From: Callorhinchus milii | Lineage: Eukaryota | Direction of reading: 5' to 3' | Length of the DNA stretch: 64,000 nt | Assembly (NCBI RefSeq): GCF_018977255.1 | Contig: NW_024704743.1 | Coordinates: 15,812,001 to 15,876,000 of the forward strand | Part shown: positions 24,720-38,522 of the stretch, one piece after another | Numbering within the stretch: the stretch's first letter is position 1 | How the letters are laid out: each line of letters opens with the position of its first letter | Made by a program: the position numbers and the translations under genes | The notes under the pieces: generated by a model | Databases searched by the model: none | The model's input: only the letters and a program-made list of their open reading frames with translations | Told to the model about the DNA's origin: nothing

Positions 24720-26410
24720 AACTTCTAGAGACTATAATCTGGACAAAATAAATTTTCACTTAGAAAAATATGGGTTAATAAAGGACAGCCAACATGGGTT
24801 TGTTAAAGGCAAATCGTGTCGAACAAACCTGATATGTTTTTTGATAAAGTAACCGAGAGGGTGGATGAAGCTAGTGCAGTTGATGTAGTTTATATGGATT
24901 TTCAAAAGGAGTTTAATAAAGTGCCACACAAGAGATTTGTAAGCAAAACAGAAGCCCACGCTATTAAAGGGACAGTGGCAGTATCGATACAGAATTGGCG
25001 GGGAGACAGAAAGCAGAGAGTGGTGGTGAATAGTTGTTTTTCTAACTGGAGTGAAGTGTGCAGTGATGTACCCCAGGGTCAGTATTGGGAGCACTGCTGT
25101 TCTTGATCTATATAAATGGCCTGGACTTGAGCATAAGAAATACAATTTCCAAGTTTGCAGATGATACTGGGAAAAGTAGTAAACAATGAGGAGGATTGTA
25201 GCAGACTGCAAGAGGACACAGACAGACTGGTAAAATAGGCAGACATGTGGCAGGTGAAGTTTAATGTAGGTAAATGTAAAGTGATGCATTTTGGAGGAAG
25301 AATGAGGAGAGGCAAAAAAAGCTGATGGTACAATCTTAAAGGGGGTGAAGGAACAGGGAGACCTGGGGTGCATATAAGTAAATCTTTGAAGGTGGCAGGA
25401 CAGCTAGATAAAGCGGTTAAAAAAGCATACGGGATACTAGGCTTTATAACAACAACAATAACAAAATTACATATATAGGGTGCCTTTCACATTGGGAGTC
25501 GGGGCCCGAGCATGGGGGAGGGGTGGTGTAGGGGTGAGGGAAGGCTGAGAGGTGGGAGGGCGACTAAAAGCACAATCGAAGAGAAGGGTCTTGAGACCGG
25601 CCTTGAAGGAGGCAAGGGAGGAAGTGAAGCGAAGGGACCGTGGGATGGAGTTCCAGAGTGTGGGAGCAGAGAGGATGAAAGCCCGGCCACCGATGGTAGG
25701 GAGGGTCGGAGACATGGAGAGGTTCGGAGACCGCTGAACCGTGTGAGCGGGTAGGTTGGTAGGAGGCCACGACTATTTATAAATAGGGGCACAGAATACA
25801 AAAGTCAGCAAGTTATGATGAACCTTTATAAAACACTGGTTAGGTCTCAGCTAGAGACTGTGTTCAGTTCTGGGCACCACACTTTAGGATGGATGTCAAG
25901 GCTTTGGAGAGGGCGCAAAGGAGATTTACCAGGATAGACCAGCAATGAGGGACTTCAGTTATGAGGAGAGGCTAGAGAAGCTTGGATTATTCTCCTTGGA
26001 GCAGAGAAGGAGCATAAGAGGCGACTTAATAGAAGTTTTCAAAATTATGAGGGGATTCGATAGGGTGAACAAGGAGAAACTATTTCCACTGCCATGTGGG
26101 TCAGTAACCCGTGGGCACTGATTTAAAATAGTTGTTAAAAGAAACAGAGGGAAGTTGAGGAGAAATTTTTTCACGCAGCGAGCTGTTTGGATCTGGAATG
26201 CATTACCTGAAAGGGTGGTGGAAACTGATTCAATAACAACTTTTAAGAGAGAAGTAGATAATTATTTAGGGAGGACAAGTTTGCAGGGCTATGGGAAGAC
26301 AGCGGTGGAATGGGATTGATTCGGATAACTCGTTTCAAAGAGCTGGCACAGACACGATGGGCCGAATGGCCTCCTTTTGTGCTGTATAATTCTATAATTC
26401 TATGATCCTA
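24720..26410 (+). mobile_element. CR1 LINE, 5'-truncated, interrupted by an L2
   Basis: QHGFVKGKSC, VDVVYMDFQK.F.KVPH, VPQG, KFADD, and 3' UTR gggccgaatggcctcc...(ATTCTATA/G)n. Confidence 0.92.
25450..25775 (-). mobile_element. L2 3' end inserted into the CR1, TSD tttataa
   Basis: TIGGRAFILSAPTLWNSIP; tttataa at 25443-25449 and 25776-25782. Confidence 0.88.
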
Positions 26411-26604
26411 AGACATTGACGGGAGCCAAGGTGTATGGCTTCCATTTTGTCGACACTAACCAGGAGTCAGACTCTCCAATACTTCTAGCTGAAAGAGTCC
26501 ATGTAAGATCAAGAGGCAGAAATTGATACCCTATCAGACAGGAAAAACAAAATAGAAAATACAGAAAAGTAAAAGTAGAATTCAAGTTTACTACATTTTT
26601 AAAG

Positions 26605-28265
26605 ATAAGAAGATAAGAACATAAGAATTAGGAGCAGGAGTAGGCCATTCGGCCCCTCGAGCCTGCCCCGCCATTCGATAAGATCATGGTTGATCTTCAG
26701 ACCTAACTCTAATTACCTGCCCTATCCCCATATACCCTAATCCCTCTATTTTTTAAAAATCTATCAGTCTCAGCCTTGAAGATGTTCAAGGACTGAGCAT
26801 CTACAGCCTTCTGGAGTAGTGAATTCCATAAATTCACTATCCCCTGAGTGAAGAAATGTTTCCTCAACTCTGTTCTAAAAGGCTGACCTTTAATTTTAAG
26901 ACTGTGACCCCTGGTTATAGATTCTCCTACCAGGGGAAACAGACCCTCAGTGTCTACTTTATCCAGCCCTTTAAGAATCTTATATGTTTCAATAAGATCT
27001 CCCCTAATTCTTCTGCACTCTAGAGAATATAGAGTTTATTCAGCCTATCCTCATAGGTCTGTCCCCTCATCCCAGAAACTAACCGAGTGAATCTACGCTG
27101 CACCCCCTCTAGGGCAAGTATGTCCTTTTTTAAATAAGGAGACCAAAACTGCACACAATACTCTCGGTGCGGTCTCACCAAGGCCCTATACAGTTGGAGC
27201 AAGACTTCCCTACTCTTGTACTCTAAATCTTTTGCAATGAACGCTAACATGCTATTCGCCATCTTAGTTGCTTGCTGCACCTGCAAACAAACTTTTTGAG
27301 ACTGGTGTACAAGGACACCCAAATCCCTCTGCACACTAACACTATCTAATCTCTCCCCCTCTAGAAAATAACCTGTTTTTCTATTTTGTCTACCTAGGTG
27401 AATAACTTCACACTTAACTCCTAACTCCCCACATTAAATTCCATCTGCCACCTACTCGCCCACTCCCCTAGCCTATCTATATCCCGTTGCAATCTTTTTG
27501 CATCATCCTCAGAGCTTACTCTCCCACCTAGTTTAGTGTCATCCGCGAATTTAGATACGTTACATTCAATGTCCTCGTCTAGATCATTGATGTAAATTGT
27601 AAATAGCTGAGGCCCAAGCACTGATCCTTATGGCACTCCACTAGTCACATCCTGCCAATTCGAGAATGACCCGTTTATCCCTACTCTCTGTTTTCTACCC
27701 GTTAGCCACTCTTCCATGCTAATATGTTCCCATTAATCCCGTGGGCCTTAACCTTGTGCAATAGCCTTTTGTGTGGCACTTTGTCAAATGCCTTTTTAAA
27801 ATCTAAATATACTACATCTACTGGTTCCCCCCTATCTAACCTGATAGATACATCTTCAAAAAACTCTAAAAGATTAGTTACGCATGACTTCCCTTTTGTA
27901 AAGCCATGTTGTCTCTGCCTAATCTTGTTATGGTCTTCCAGGAATCACATAACGACATCTTTAATTAAGGACTCAAGAATTTTCCCTACCACTGATGTCA
28001 GACTAACTGGTCTATAGTTCCCCATCTTTTCTCTCCCATCCTTCTTAAAATAGTGGTGTTACGTTTGCAATCTTCCAATCAATGGGAACCATTCCAGAAT
28101 CCAGAGAATTTGGGAAGATCAAAGACAAGCCATCCACTATCTCAGTAGCCATCTCTTTTAAAACCCTAGGATGTAGGCCATCAGGTCCAGGAGATTTATT
28201 AGTTTTAAGACCTGACAATTTACCTAAAACCATTTCTTTAATAATATTAATTCCCCCAAAAGGAT
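26605..28265 (-). mobile_element. CR1 LINE (second subfamily), 5'-truncated
   Basis: KSPGPDGLHPRVLKE, LGPQLFTIYINDLD, SKFADDTKLGG, RDLGVLVH, YCVQFWSPY, and tail (TTCTTATG)-like repeat. Confidence 0.95.
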
Positions 28266-29224
28266 AAAAGGATAATTTACTAAACTTGTTGGATGTTTGA
28301 TTCTCCTCTGGTGGATACATTAGAGATAATACTATGAATGATAAGTTGCATTGAAATTACTCCTCCCTGTAGTTAATTTCTCCTTTTAAAGAACTAAGAC
28401 TTCCTAAAGGAGAATTCAATCTGACAGATTCTGAGCCTAGTGAATGCTCTAGTTATGAGGTAGGAAAATAATATCTTAGCTCCTGTTTTCTGGACTAAAA
28501 TGTACAGTTTACTGTCAGGAAGAACATCTGCTCCACTGGCCAGATGTTAAAACTGTCAAAGTGCTACACCATGTGAAGAACAGAGCAGACTGTCCCAAAC
28601 AAAACCATTTCAGGTAGCTATGCCCAGGCAAACTACTGTTGACTGCAATGGGAACAGCTACAGTGGCACACGTGAATTGGGACAGAACATTTCTGTTGGT
28701 CCACATAAAGGCAAAATTAACTCAAAAAGAATTTAAATAAACATCCCTGGCGAAAGAGTCCAAAACAATCCCTCACTGATCCCTTCTTACTGTTTCAAGG
28801 GTCAAGGGTCACAATCAACACAGTAGGTTGTCCATTTTGCATCGCCGAGTGGAGGAAGCAATAGTGGGAATTTAAATTAAAGAGTGATAAATGAAACAGG
28901 ACACGATACAGGAGATGAATTTGGGAGAACTTGGATGGATTGCTGATATCAGTGTGAAGCAGCAGTAAAAATCTTAGAGTGCAAGTCCAAGAGGACAGAA
29001 CGTAAAACACGAAAAGTGAGAACAATGGTTTGCAGTTCGAAAATAAAAATGGACATCCCGAATAAGCTTGGTTAAATATAACTGATAAAAAATGAAGTAA
29101 ATGTTTTTAATATTGACAAATGCAGCAACTACTCTTCACCAGCAACATCCCATAAACAACGAGATGAGCAGCCAATTAATGTAAATATAGAGTAAATTTG
29201 TGATGACGAGTGGAACCAAGTTAT

Positions 29225-29490
29225 TTCGGGTCTTCTGCTACTCTGCCCCCACCCTCTGGAACTCCATCCTGCAGTACCTCCACCTCGCCCCCTCCCTTGC
29301 CTCCCTCAAGACCTGTCTCAAGACCCTCCTCTTCGACACTGCCCAAGGTCACCCTCCTTCCCCCACTGCCCTCCACCCTTTCCGATCCCAATCCCCAGCT
29401 CGGGTCTGAAACACTGATTGTCCAGCGCCTTGGGACTCCTCCCGAGGTGAAAAGCGCTATACAAATGTAATTTTGTTGTAGTTGTTGTTC
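29225..29490 (+). mobile_element. L2 3' end
   Basis: SAPTLWNSI and tail cagcgccttgggactcctcccgaggtgaaaagcgct...(TTG)n. Confidence 0.88.
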
Positions 29491-29685
29491 TTGCATTGGC
29501 AGGGCAGTCCCTGATAATTTATAAATGACACTGGTCTGACCTCACCTGGAGTCCTTCTCACATTATTCTCTTATTCTTATTTCTGGTCACCCTACATTAA
29601 ACGCATCTTGATATTGGAGGGCATACAACAAAGGGCAATTGAGAAAAGCTTACAGAATGTCCATACGAAAGGCCAGGTTTATGAG

Positions 29686-29803
29686 TTTCGCCCACAAATA
29701 TACAGTCAATTCACTTTACAGTGTGTTCTGTGAAGCGCTTTGGGACGTCCTCCCGACGTGGAAAGCGCTATATCAAATGCAAGGATTATAGGATTATTAT
29801 TAT
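29686..29803 (+). mobile_element. SINE 3' fragment inside a decayed CR1 (~29520-30130)
   Basis: Matches the young SINE tail almost exactly. Confidence 0.85.
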
Positions 29804-31829
29804 CCTAAAAGACTACAAGATATACAGAACGAAATTGATATGTTTCATATGGTCAAAACATCTAGAGAAAGGGGACTGACGCTTAGAGAGAAGGCAAACA
29901 GTCAATTCAGATCATTTTACACAGAGGATAGTGACTATATGGAACAGATTACCCAGGGAAGCGGCAGGGGCAGATTGTGTCAGGAAACTGCAGAGGGAAT
30001 TGGACAGCTATTTGACGAAGAAATCAGTTGAGGGTTAATGGAAGAGAGTAGTGCAGAATCATTTTTTTTAACTTTAAGACCGGATACAAAGTCTTTCCGG
30101 TCCTGCACATTCCTATGTTTCTAACTCTATATGGCCAGTGTGCAGATTGCACCTGCCACATGTTGCGACATGGGATGCTCTATTAATACTGAGAACTGGC
30201 TTCTAATAATGCTACTTACTGCACTACACAGTATTAACAATGTATTGTTAATATCCCTATCAGCTGGAGCCCCAGTGAGAGACTTACTCTCCAGTATTGC
30301 GCACACAGACACGGAAAACAAATGGAAAGTCTACATCTGTCCTCTCAATCAAGTCCGAGAGAGCAGCTGCTCCTAGTCCACAGGCAGGTACAGAGTCTTC
30401 CAAGTCAGATCAGTAATGAGCAAGAACGTTTTCAGATAACAGTATTGTGTTACAGAAAAAAATTCACATCTGCCTGAGAGTTGTTAATAAGCTGATGGAA
30501 AATGTCAAGCCTGAAAAACATTTTAGATGCTTTTCCCTCCAAGCTAAATGTTTATCTTCATCCTTTAAAAGCATTACAGGACACGTGTTTCTATTATAGA
30601 TTTTCATCTCTTCCACTTTACAAGGGGGCAGGCAGCATGCCAGGCATTAGGAAGTAATTGCAATAGTCTAATGTCATTACACCTAACTATTGTGTCACTT
30701 GAAAAAAAGAGTCCGAGATACCAGCTTTTGTAATAAAAAAATTATAATCATTTTATAATCCTGGCATGAGATGATATGTCAAAATCCACTGAACAAAGCA
30801 GATTGTTGAACTATTAGTGCACATGTGATTTCTGTCCCAGGTGTCTGGGTGCATGCCAGTGCAGCTGTACCTCGAGGTATTAAATTCATAATCCTGATGC
30901 GATTCTAGTTTCCTCTTGTAATAACAATAAGAAAAAACTAAACAAGGCACACTGTCAGCTGGAGAACACAGTGGAAGACAAGACATTCCAAGATTCCGCT
31001 CAAGGAACACCTTGGGATTAATCTCTTACTATGGATCTGGTCTTTCAAGAATGCCCTGTGTCCGTGAGTGTTACAAGTCTGATTTACAGTGTCTGGTGCT
31101 GGGAATTGTGGGCAAAGTTACAGCAGTTGATCAAACAACAGATTACAGAATTGTGATAACTGTATAAAGTGTGTTGTAATGATATTAAACTGGTCCATCT
31201 GTGGGGAAAGGAGAATGGATGACACATGTAGAAACGTCTGATGTACGATGGCAACTAAATAGCCTTTAATGGAGGTCATGCTGTCACATGAGGAGCAACT
31301 CTTTGAAGCTAGACAATGAGCCAACATTGAAGTAAGAAGTGAGTATTTGGAGATTCTAGATCTGCTTATAGATCTATAGTGAGTGGCAAAAATTGAATGA
31401 TGCTAAGAGGACTGAGAGAAGCTGGTTTCAGGAAATGTTTTTTCCTACATTATACAAAATATTCAGAATCTTTCAATGCAAATTCGAAACATGGGTGAAC
31501 AAATTTATATCTGATGTAATAATGATCACATCATCAAAAACCATGGCCCAAAGCAGTCTTCGATCATGAACAGGTTTTAGGTGTTAATACCTCCCTAGGT
31601 TCAGCACTATAACTATATCTTCAACAGATGCTTTCTATATTTCAGTGGTCCTGCAATGATTACCAGCCTAAGTAATCTTAATCAGGCTTGCATTTATATA
31701 GCACATTCACATCAAAACGTTTTAAAGAGTTTTGCTGTAAAGTGTTGTGACTGTATATTTATAGGCAAACTCAGTAGCCAATCCGCCTACGGCAATGACG
31801 TGAATGATCACCTTGTTTTTTATCTGTGG

Positions 31830-32065
31830 GTTGTTAGTCGACTGGCGGATCATTTTCCGGGGGTAATAATCCCTTCAAAAAAAATAATAGTTTGGTCACT
31901 CAAACCACGACTGTTTGTAGAACACTGCTGTGCGCAATTGGCTGCCATGTTTTACCCACAAAATATAGTCAATTCACTTTACAGTATATTCTATGAAGCG
32001 CTTTGAGACGTCTCAATGACGTGCTAAGACACTATATGAAAACTAAACAAGGATTATTATTATTA
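31830..32065 (+). mobile_element. tRNA-derived SINE, long subfamily, 5'-truncated
   Basis: ggttgttagtcgactggcggatc... to (TTA)n. Confidence 0.85.
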
Positions 32066-32320
32066 AAGTTCTAATGAGTAAAGTGGTCTTAGGTGGCAGC
32101 GGGACGCTTGCCAGACTGAGCTCTTATTGGCAAGCTATGCATTTTTATCTGGTTAATCTTCAGAAATATCCCAACACACAAAATACCCCTTGCCTCCCAC
32201 AAGCTCTCACCAACCTGTGCCTAATACTCTCCAGAATTAAGTAAGCAGGGCAGGTCCCTCCATGGAGAGAGTATGCATTTCATTCAAGATATAGGGAAAT
32301 TTCCATATGGAGGTCAATGC
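32066..32320 (+). repeat. Unclassified structured repeat X, copy 3 (diverged)
   Basis: gcttgcca...tggcaagctatgc, aacctgtgcctaatactctccagaatta, tccctccatggagagagt. Confidence 0.75.
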
Positions 32321-32859
32321 CTGTCTGGTTTAGTTTCAGTTTTGTTCAGGAAGCAATAAACCAAATGAAAATTCACTACCTGTTGCAAAAGAACATCCAT
32401 CAACAAGCATCTGACCACTGCCAGTGCACAGCAATGCTGGCCTGGACTCGGCCCAGTCACACATCTTCCATTTCCCCGTGTCAGTCCATCTACCCAATCA
32501 ACTTATTCTTGCTACCGCCTGGGAATGCTGCAAGGCTGCAGTTCTCATTACTTTGTCCATCAGTCTTCAAGTGTTCTCCCATCAGCACGCTGCTGTTTCC
32601 TGTAAACTCTCTGTTTTACGCACAATGATCAGCAACACTCTGTTAATTCACCCACCAGCACTCATGTGACATCATGCAACCTGCAGCTGCTTCTTTGACT
32701 GCCTACAAAACACCACTTCTTACCATATCTAGAACTTTATTCCTCATTCTGAAGTGTAGTGAATGACCTGAGAAACGCATTCTTTTTCTATAATAATAAA
32801 CCTTGCCTTTGATATATTTGTATTTTAGGCAGGACAAATTAAATTGATTTGCTTCTCAG

Positions 32860-33190
32860 TTTGGCCAGGCTTGCCTCTGATTCATAAGGTTGTGGGCTCA
32901 AACTCCACGTTGGGACATTGAGCTAAGCTAACACTTCGGTGGACTTTAGGGGAGCACTCTATTATCAGAAGTCCCTTTGAAAAAAGAAGGGATATCTCCA
33001 AAATCCTGGCCAACAATTCTCAAGGTCTCAAACAAATTCTCAGTTTGTTTCAACAAACAGCTGAATGTGGGATCTTGCTGTGCATTAACTAACTGCTATG
33101 TTTGCCTACAAGAAACAGTCACTACACTTGACAAGAATATCTTGTGAAGCACTTTGAGACTATTAACATGATAAAAATGTGAGATCTGTC
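32860..33190 (+). mobile_element. Deu-domain SINE, decayed
   Basis: tRNA-like head and partial Deu core. Confidence 0.6.
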
Positions 33191-34604
33191 CTTCCTTTTA
33201 GAGGACTTAATTGATTCTAATCCTTGGAAGTCATTTGCAACTGAAATAAAAGTTTTGTTTTAAATGAGCAGGGAATTAAGTCAGCAGTTAACACAAAAAA
33301 AAACTCACTTCTGTGTGGCATCTTAAGAGGTTTTAATTTAGTTACGTTCTTTCATTTTGGTAAAGGGGGAAAGCTCCACTTGTTGGATATATCTATTAAC
33401 ATCAGATTGCTGACAGCTGGACAGCATAAAGTGAAGAACGGTTTATTTCTTGGTGCAACTTCACAGAGTGATCCATTTGTCCCAGATGCAGTACAGCTCT
33501 CCACATGCACAGAGATAAAAGGGAGAATCTCTAAATATAGCACTTTTAGAGCACTAAAGTGGACGCTTCGGATCTATAGTACAGAGCTTAAAAAAGACTT
33601 GAGTGGATGATGTTAATTACAAAGTGTATTTATGCTCTCAAAGATGAAGTTTCTGAGCTACATTTAAAATGTGCATGAAAATGGCTGATTTGGGTAAACA
33701 CAGCAGTGCTACCATTGAGCAAAATGATGCACTGAGCTCTTTCCCTTCTACCTAAAGTGGGAAGAACTTAGAATTGTCAAAGAAAATATTAACCTCGGGA
33801 GAATTATGATTTAAGATTTTTTTTCCTCATGAAACAAGTGTCTACTGGCATGAAGACCTTGAGGTCACGTTTCCATCACCACGCTGTGGAAGGTAAGAGG
33901 AAAAATATACCCAAATATGAGCAGCAATCCTGAGCTACCAAGAATCAGATTGTCCTTCAGGCTGGCCTGAAGTTATAAATGCAAGAGTTACTAGTATCAG
34001 GAGGCACACAGGACTTTATAGTTCATGTGTTCTTTTCTCTGAACTAACTTTCCCTGCACACTTGGCACCAATTCCATCACCCATTTCTCTGTGTTCCTCA
34101 TGGCCTTACCTCACACTGAGCTCTCAAACTTTTCATTCTCTTTTTCTGCTTTCTTTTTTCCACTTTCCCTGCTCCCTGAATCACCTGACATCTATCTACA
34201 TAAGCCATTCACACAATTAGCATTTCAGCAAAGATTTGGTTTCTCTCACTTGGCTCAGGAGTGAAAAAGTTGTTATCCCAGTATCACCCCCTAAGGCACT
34301 GCAACTGGCAAAACTCCAACAGTGGCTACTGCAGAAAATGTTTATTTTTTTTCAAAACCAACCAGTAATTCATACCATGTGCGCATGGAAGTGTGATGCT
34401 GACTAGGAGTGGGTAGCAAAAAGCAGCATATCCTCCTAGCACAACAGGAGTCAGAAATGAAAGGAGCAAAGTTATAGAGGGTCTAAGGTTGAACTAAAAG
34501 GTTGCACGAAAAGGCTCTGCTACCTATAATGTGACATGCTTTCTTTTGTTTGTAAAGCAGAATTACTCTAGATTATTTTTCAAATTTTGGGGACTCTTCT
34601 TATA

Positions 34605-34880
34605 AATCCTTACATTTGATAAAGTGCCTTTCACGTTGAGAGGATGTCTCAAAGTGTGTTACAGGATATCCTGTAAAATGTTGTGACTGCATAGTTGTAG
34701 GCAAATAGGCAAACGTGGCAGCCGATTTGAGCTCAAATCCCACAAAGAGCCATGAAGTAAATGATAATCAATTATATACGGGGATTGCTGGCTGAGACAC
34801 TGGGAGAAACTCCTTTCTCTTTTCGAATAGTGTCAAGGGATCTTTAATGTTCACTTAAACAGGCAGGCGGTTTTAACGTC
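34605..34880 (-). mobile_element. Deu-domain SINE, 3' part
   Basis: Reverse-complement tail and Deu core. Confidence 0.7.
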
Positions 34881-35267
34881 TCTAAACCAAAGTGTGAAAA
34901 ATATGGGAAGCTTTCAAGAATGAATTAAGTAAGTATCTGAAAAAGAGATGGGGAACGGGGGAAAACAGCAGAGAGACAGTACTAGGCACAACGGGCCGAA
35001 TAGCCTCCTTCTGTGCTGAAAATGTCTATGATTCTATGGGTAAACTACACGATGCAAATAATGGTCTTAATATTGTAGTAAGTGAATGGATTTTGACAGG
35101 TATAAATTTGTCACCTCTGACCAACAGCTGGAGAAATGGAATTTGTATTTTTGAGGTGTTTTATCAAATCGAGCCATCACAAAGCACATCACGCGCATTT
35201 CCAGCAAGTATCACAACATCCTATCGAGCCTGTTCCAATATCTTGTTAGGTCTTGTCAGATCTTTTA

Positions 35268-35825
35268 TAATAATAATATAATAATCCTTAAGTTTGATAT
35301 AGTGACTTTCGCATCGGGAAGATGTCTCAAAGTGCTTCACATGGTATGTTGTAAAGTATTTTGCATTACGCCCACAAAATACACAGCCAATTCACTTTAC
35401 AGTATATTCTTTGAAGGGCTTTGAGACGTCTCAAAGATGTGATGAGGCGTTATATCAAATGCAAGGATTATTATTATTAAGTACAGTCAATGTGTTTTGT
35501 AGGCGATATCCAAATCCCAACAATGGCTTGTCCTTTCACTAAACCCTTTTTTGGGTCAAACACAGCAGCTAATGTGTGCACAGCAATGTCCTACAAACAT
35601 TCGTAGAGTGAATGACCAATTTTATTGGAGGATTATTGGCCAGAACACCAGAAGAAACTCCCTCCTCTTTTTAAATAGTTCCATGAGATCTTTAACGTCC
35701 ACCTGAATGGGCAGACGGGGCATCAGTTAAATCTCTCATCCGAAGGACGGCACCTCCGACAATGCAACACCTCCCCAGCACTGCATTGGAGTGTCACCTG
35801 GGACAATATGAATTCCAAGTCCCTG
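35268..35825 (-). mobile_element. Deu-domain SINE interrupted by a plus-strand SINE tail (35368-35478)
   Basis: Well-preserved Deu core at 35630-35800 (gatctttaacgtccacctgaatgggcagacgggg...catccgaaggacggcacctccgacaatgca). Confidence 0.8.
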
Positions 35826-35970
35826 GTTGTGAGGTAAGTTGGAAGGGGAAGGGAGTGATTTTCTAATTCTTAGTCTTTCTTCTGTGAACCCTATGCAGTC
35901 ATACTTGAAGACAGTTATTTGATAATGTTCTATCCTTACAGTAAAAATAAAACAAGCCCCTCAATCTTCT

Positions 35971-36465
35971 ACAACAGCAACAACGTGGATTTATATAGCT
36001 CCCTCCACGCCGGACGGCATCTTAGAGCACTTTACAGTAACGGATCCCGGCGCCGAGCCAGGGGGAGGAGGAGGAAGGTGACCAAAGGCTTGGTCAAAGA
36101 GAAAGATCTTCAGCAGAGACCTGAAAATAGGAAGAGAGTGGGCGAGGTAAAGGAAGTGACAAAGGGAATTCCAGAGCCTCGGGGCATAAGTGGCTGAAGG
36201 CATGGCCACCGAGGGTGGGATGGAGGACTCGAGAGACAAGGAGGAGGCCAGACCCGGAAGAACGAAGGCAACTGGTACTGTTTTGAGGAGAGAGGAGGTC
36301 AGAGAGGTAGGGGGGTGCAGAGGAGGGATTTGAACACGAGGGTGAAGATCTTGAAGTCGATCCTCTCTGGAACAGGCAGCCAGTGCAGTCTGGCAAGGAC
36401 TGGGGTGATCAGGGAGTGGAGTCTGGTGCGGGTGAGAATGCGGGCGGTAGAGTTTTGAATGATCT
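35971..36465 (-). mobile_element. L2 3' end
   Basis: PPYLSDLL, LRSSGSGLL, YAPRLWNSL; (CAA)n tail on +. Confidence 0.88.
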
Positions 36466-37299
36466 ATTCTCCAGGGAAAGTGAATTCAGCTCTGTGTGAA
36501 TCTAAAGAGCTAATTCCTGGTTTGACTTGGTCTCTGCTCTGTGAACCCTCTCCAATGCATCAACGACAAGCATTTTTTAAATTCAGACCATGCCCCATTG
36601 TTAACAAGTACATCAGTATAAACATTCTATGAACAGAAAATAGAGAGGCTGATGATGGAGGTGAAAAACCATCCAAACAGCAAAGCTGAAGCATAAATTG
36701 CTCCTTGAGACAGAAACATCACGTCAGGACATAAAGTGCCCCATCTACAGGGAGCCCTGTAGAATGTTCTACAAGGAACTTGATTCCAAGGAGTTCTCAA
36801 GTCAGAGCCGGGGTCTCCTGCATTGGGATGACATGAATGGAGTTCGCTGCTGGAGATACACTACATGGCCCTAATGGCGTGGTCTTCACGCTCATGCTCT
36901 TTTTCAACCCACTGCCAGTGGCGTTCCGGAGTTAATGTAGGAGAAGCATTTTGAGTTATTTTAGCAGACGGCTGTCAATCAGCCTCAGTTTATACCACAC
37001 TCTCCTCTGGGTTCGAATGTCAGACTATGAACTCAAGCCTTTGTGTGGGTTCACATTCAAGCACCACTACATTCCTGGAGATTGATTCCTTTGGATGAGT
37101 TTTACACTGACATCCAATCATCTTTTTCTGAAGGCTGAGACAGATGTTAAAGATACAAATTAAAAGAAGACCAGTGAGTTCTACCAGTGTTAGGGTCAAT
37201 GTCCCCTTTCTCATCCAAAGTCACCAACAAAAACATTTATTGCTTTTGTGCAATATTTCTGGTCCAGATTAGCTGCTGCGTTTGTTCTACATAACAAAT

Positions 37300-37745
37300 A
37301 ATTGTGGTGTCAGCTTGGTTCAGATGGTACCACTCTCGCCTTGGAGTCAGAAGCTGCGGGTTCAAACTCCACGTCAGGAATTGAATTCATATAGATTATG
37401 TTGATACTCCAATGCAATGCCGGGGGGGTGTTTAATTGTTGAAGATGCTGTCCTTTGGATGAAATGTTAAATCGAGGTCCTGTTTGTCTGTTCAGATGGA
37501 TGTTAAAGTTCCCAGGGCACTAGTTGTAAAGAGAAGGGAGTTTCTCTTGGTGTCCTGGCTAACAATCCTCCAAATAAAATTGGTCAGTTATTTTGATGAC
37601 TGTTTGTGGAATACTGCTATGCGCAATTGGGCTGCCGCATTTGCCCACAAATACACAATCACTCCACAGTTCATCCTATGAAATGCCTTGAGATATTCTC
37701 CCAACATGAAAGGCGTGATACTAATTGCAAGGAGTATTATTATTA
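37300..37745 (+). mobile_element. Deu-domain SINE, near full length
   Basis: tRNA-like head, Deu core and L2-type tail. Confidence 0.82.
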
Positions 37746-37779
37746 CACCACAAAATAACTCATTGTGTGAAGTGCTTTG

Positions 37780-38522
37780 AGGAGTCCTGTAGCTCAGTGG
37801 TTAGAGCACTTGCAAGACCTGGGTTCAATTCCCAGCAGGGCGAAACATTGGACAAGTTTCATTACTCCACGTGCCTCTGTTTACCTGGCAGTAAAGAGGA
37901 ACCTGGTTGTTAGTCGATTGGCAGATCACTTTTCTGTGGGTAATAACCACTGCAATAATAATAATAATAATAATTTAATCACTCAATCCACGACTATTTG
38001 GGGGATAAAATCCCATATCAGCCTATCCGCTCCCTCCACTCAATGGACACCAGCCTGCTTCAGGTCTGCCACAATTCCCACTCCACCATTGGCTGGCGGG
38101 CATTCAGCATCTCTGCCACCACACTGTGTAACTCTATCTCACAATCCCTCCGCCTCATCCCCTCTCTTCCCTCCTTTAAGTCCCACCTGAGGACCTTGTT
38201 CTTTGATCATGTCTTTGGCCACCCTCCCACCCCTACCTCTCCTGCCCTCCTCCCCTTCTGACCCCAACTCCCAGCTCAGGACCAAAACTCCTGATTATCC
38301 AGCACCCTGGGATGTCTTTCTGACGTTAAGGGCGCTATACAAGTGCAATTTGTTGTTGTAAAAACTGTTTGTGTGAAACTGCTGAGCGCAATTAATTGGC
38401 TGCCGCGTTTCGCCAACAAAATATACAGTTAATTCACTTTACAGTATGTTCTGTGAAGCGCTTTGAGACTTCTCAAAGACATGACAAGGTGCTACATCGA
38501 ATGCAAGGATTATTATTATTAC
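37780..38522 (+). mobile_element. tRNA-derived SINE (long) interrupted by an L2 3' end (~38005-38360)
   Basis: SINE body breaks at cgactatttg and resumes at actgtttgtg; the insert encodes TIGWRAFSISATTLCNSI and ends in (TTG)n. Confidence 0.85.

Noticed and set aside
24756..25373. 205-aa minus-strand ORF
   Set aside because: Antisense frame of a CR1 reverse transcriptase.
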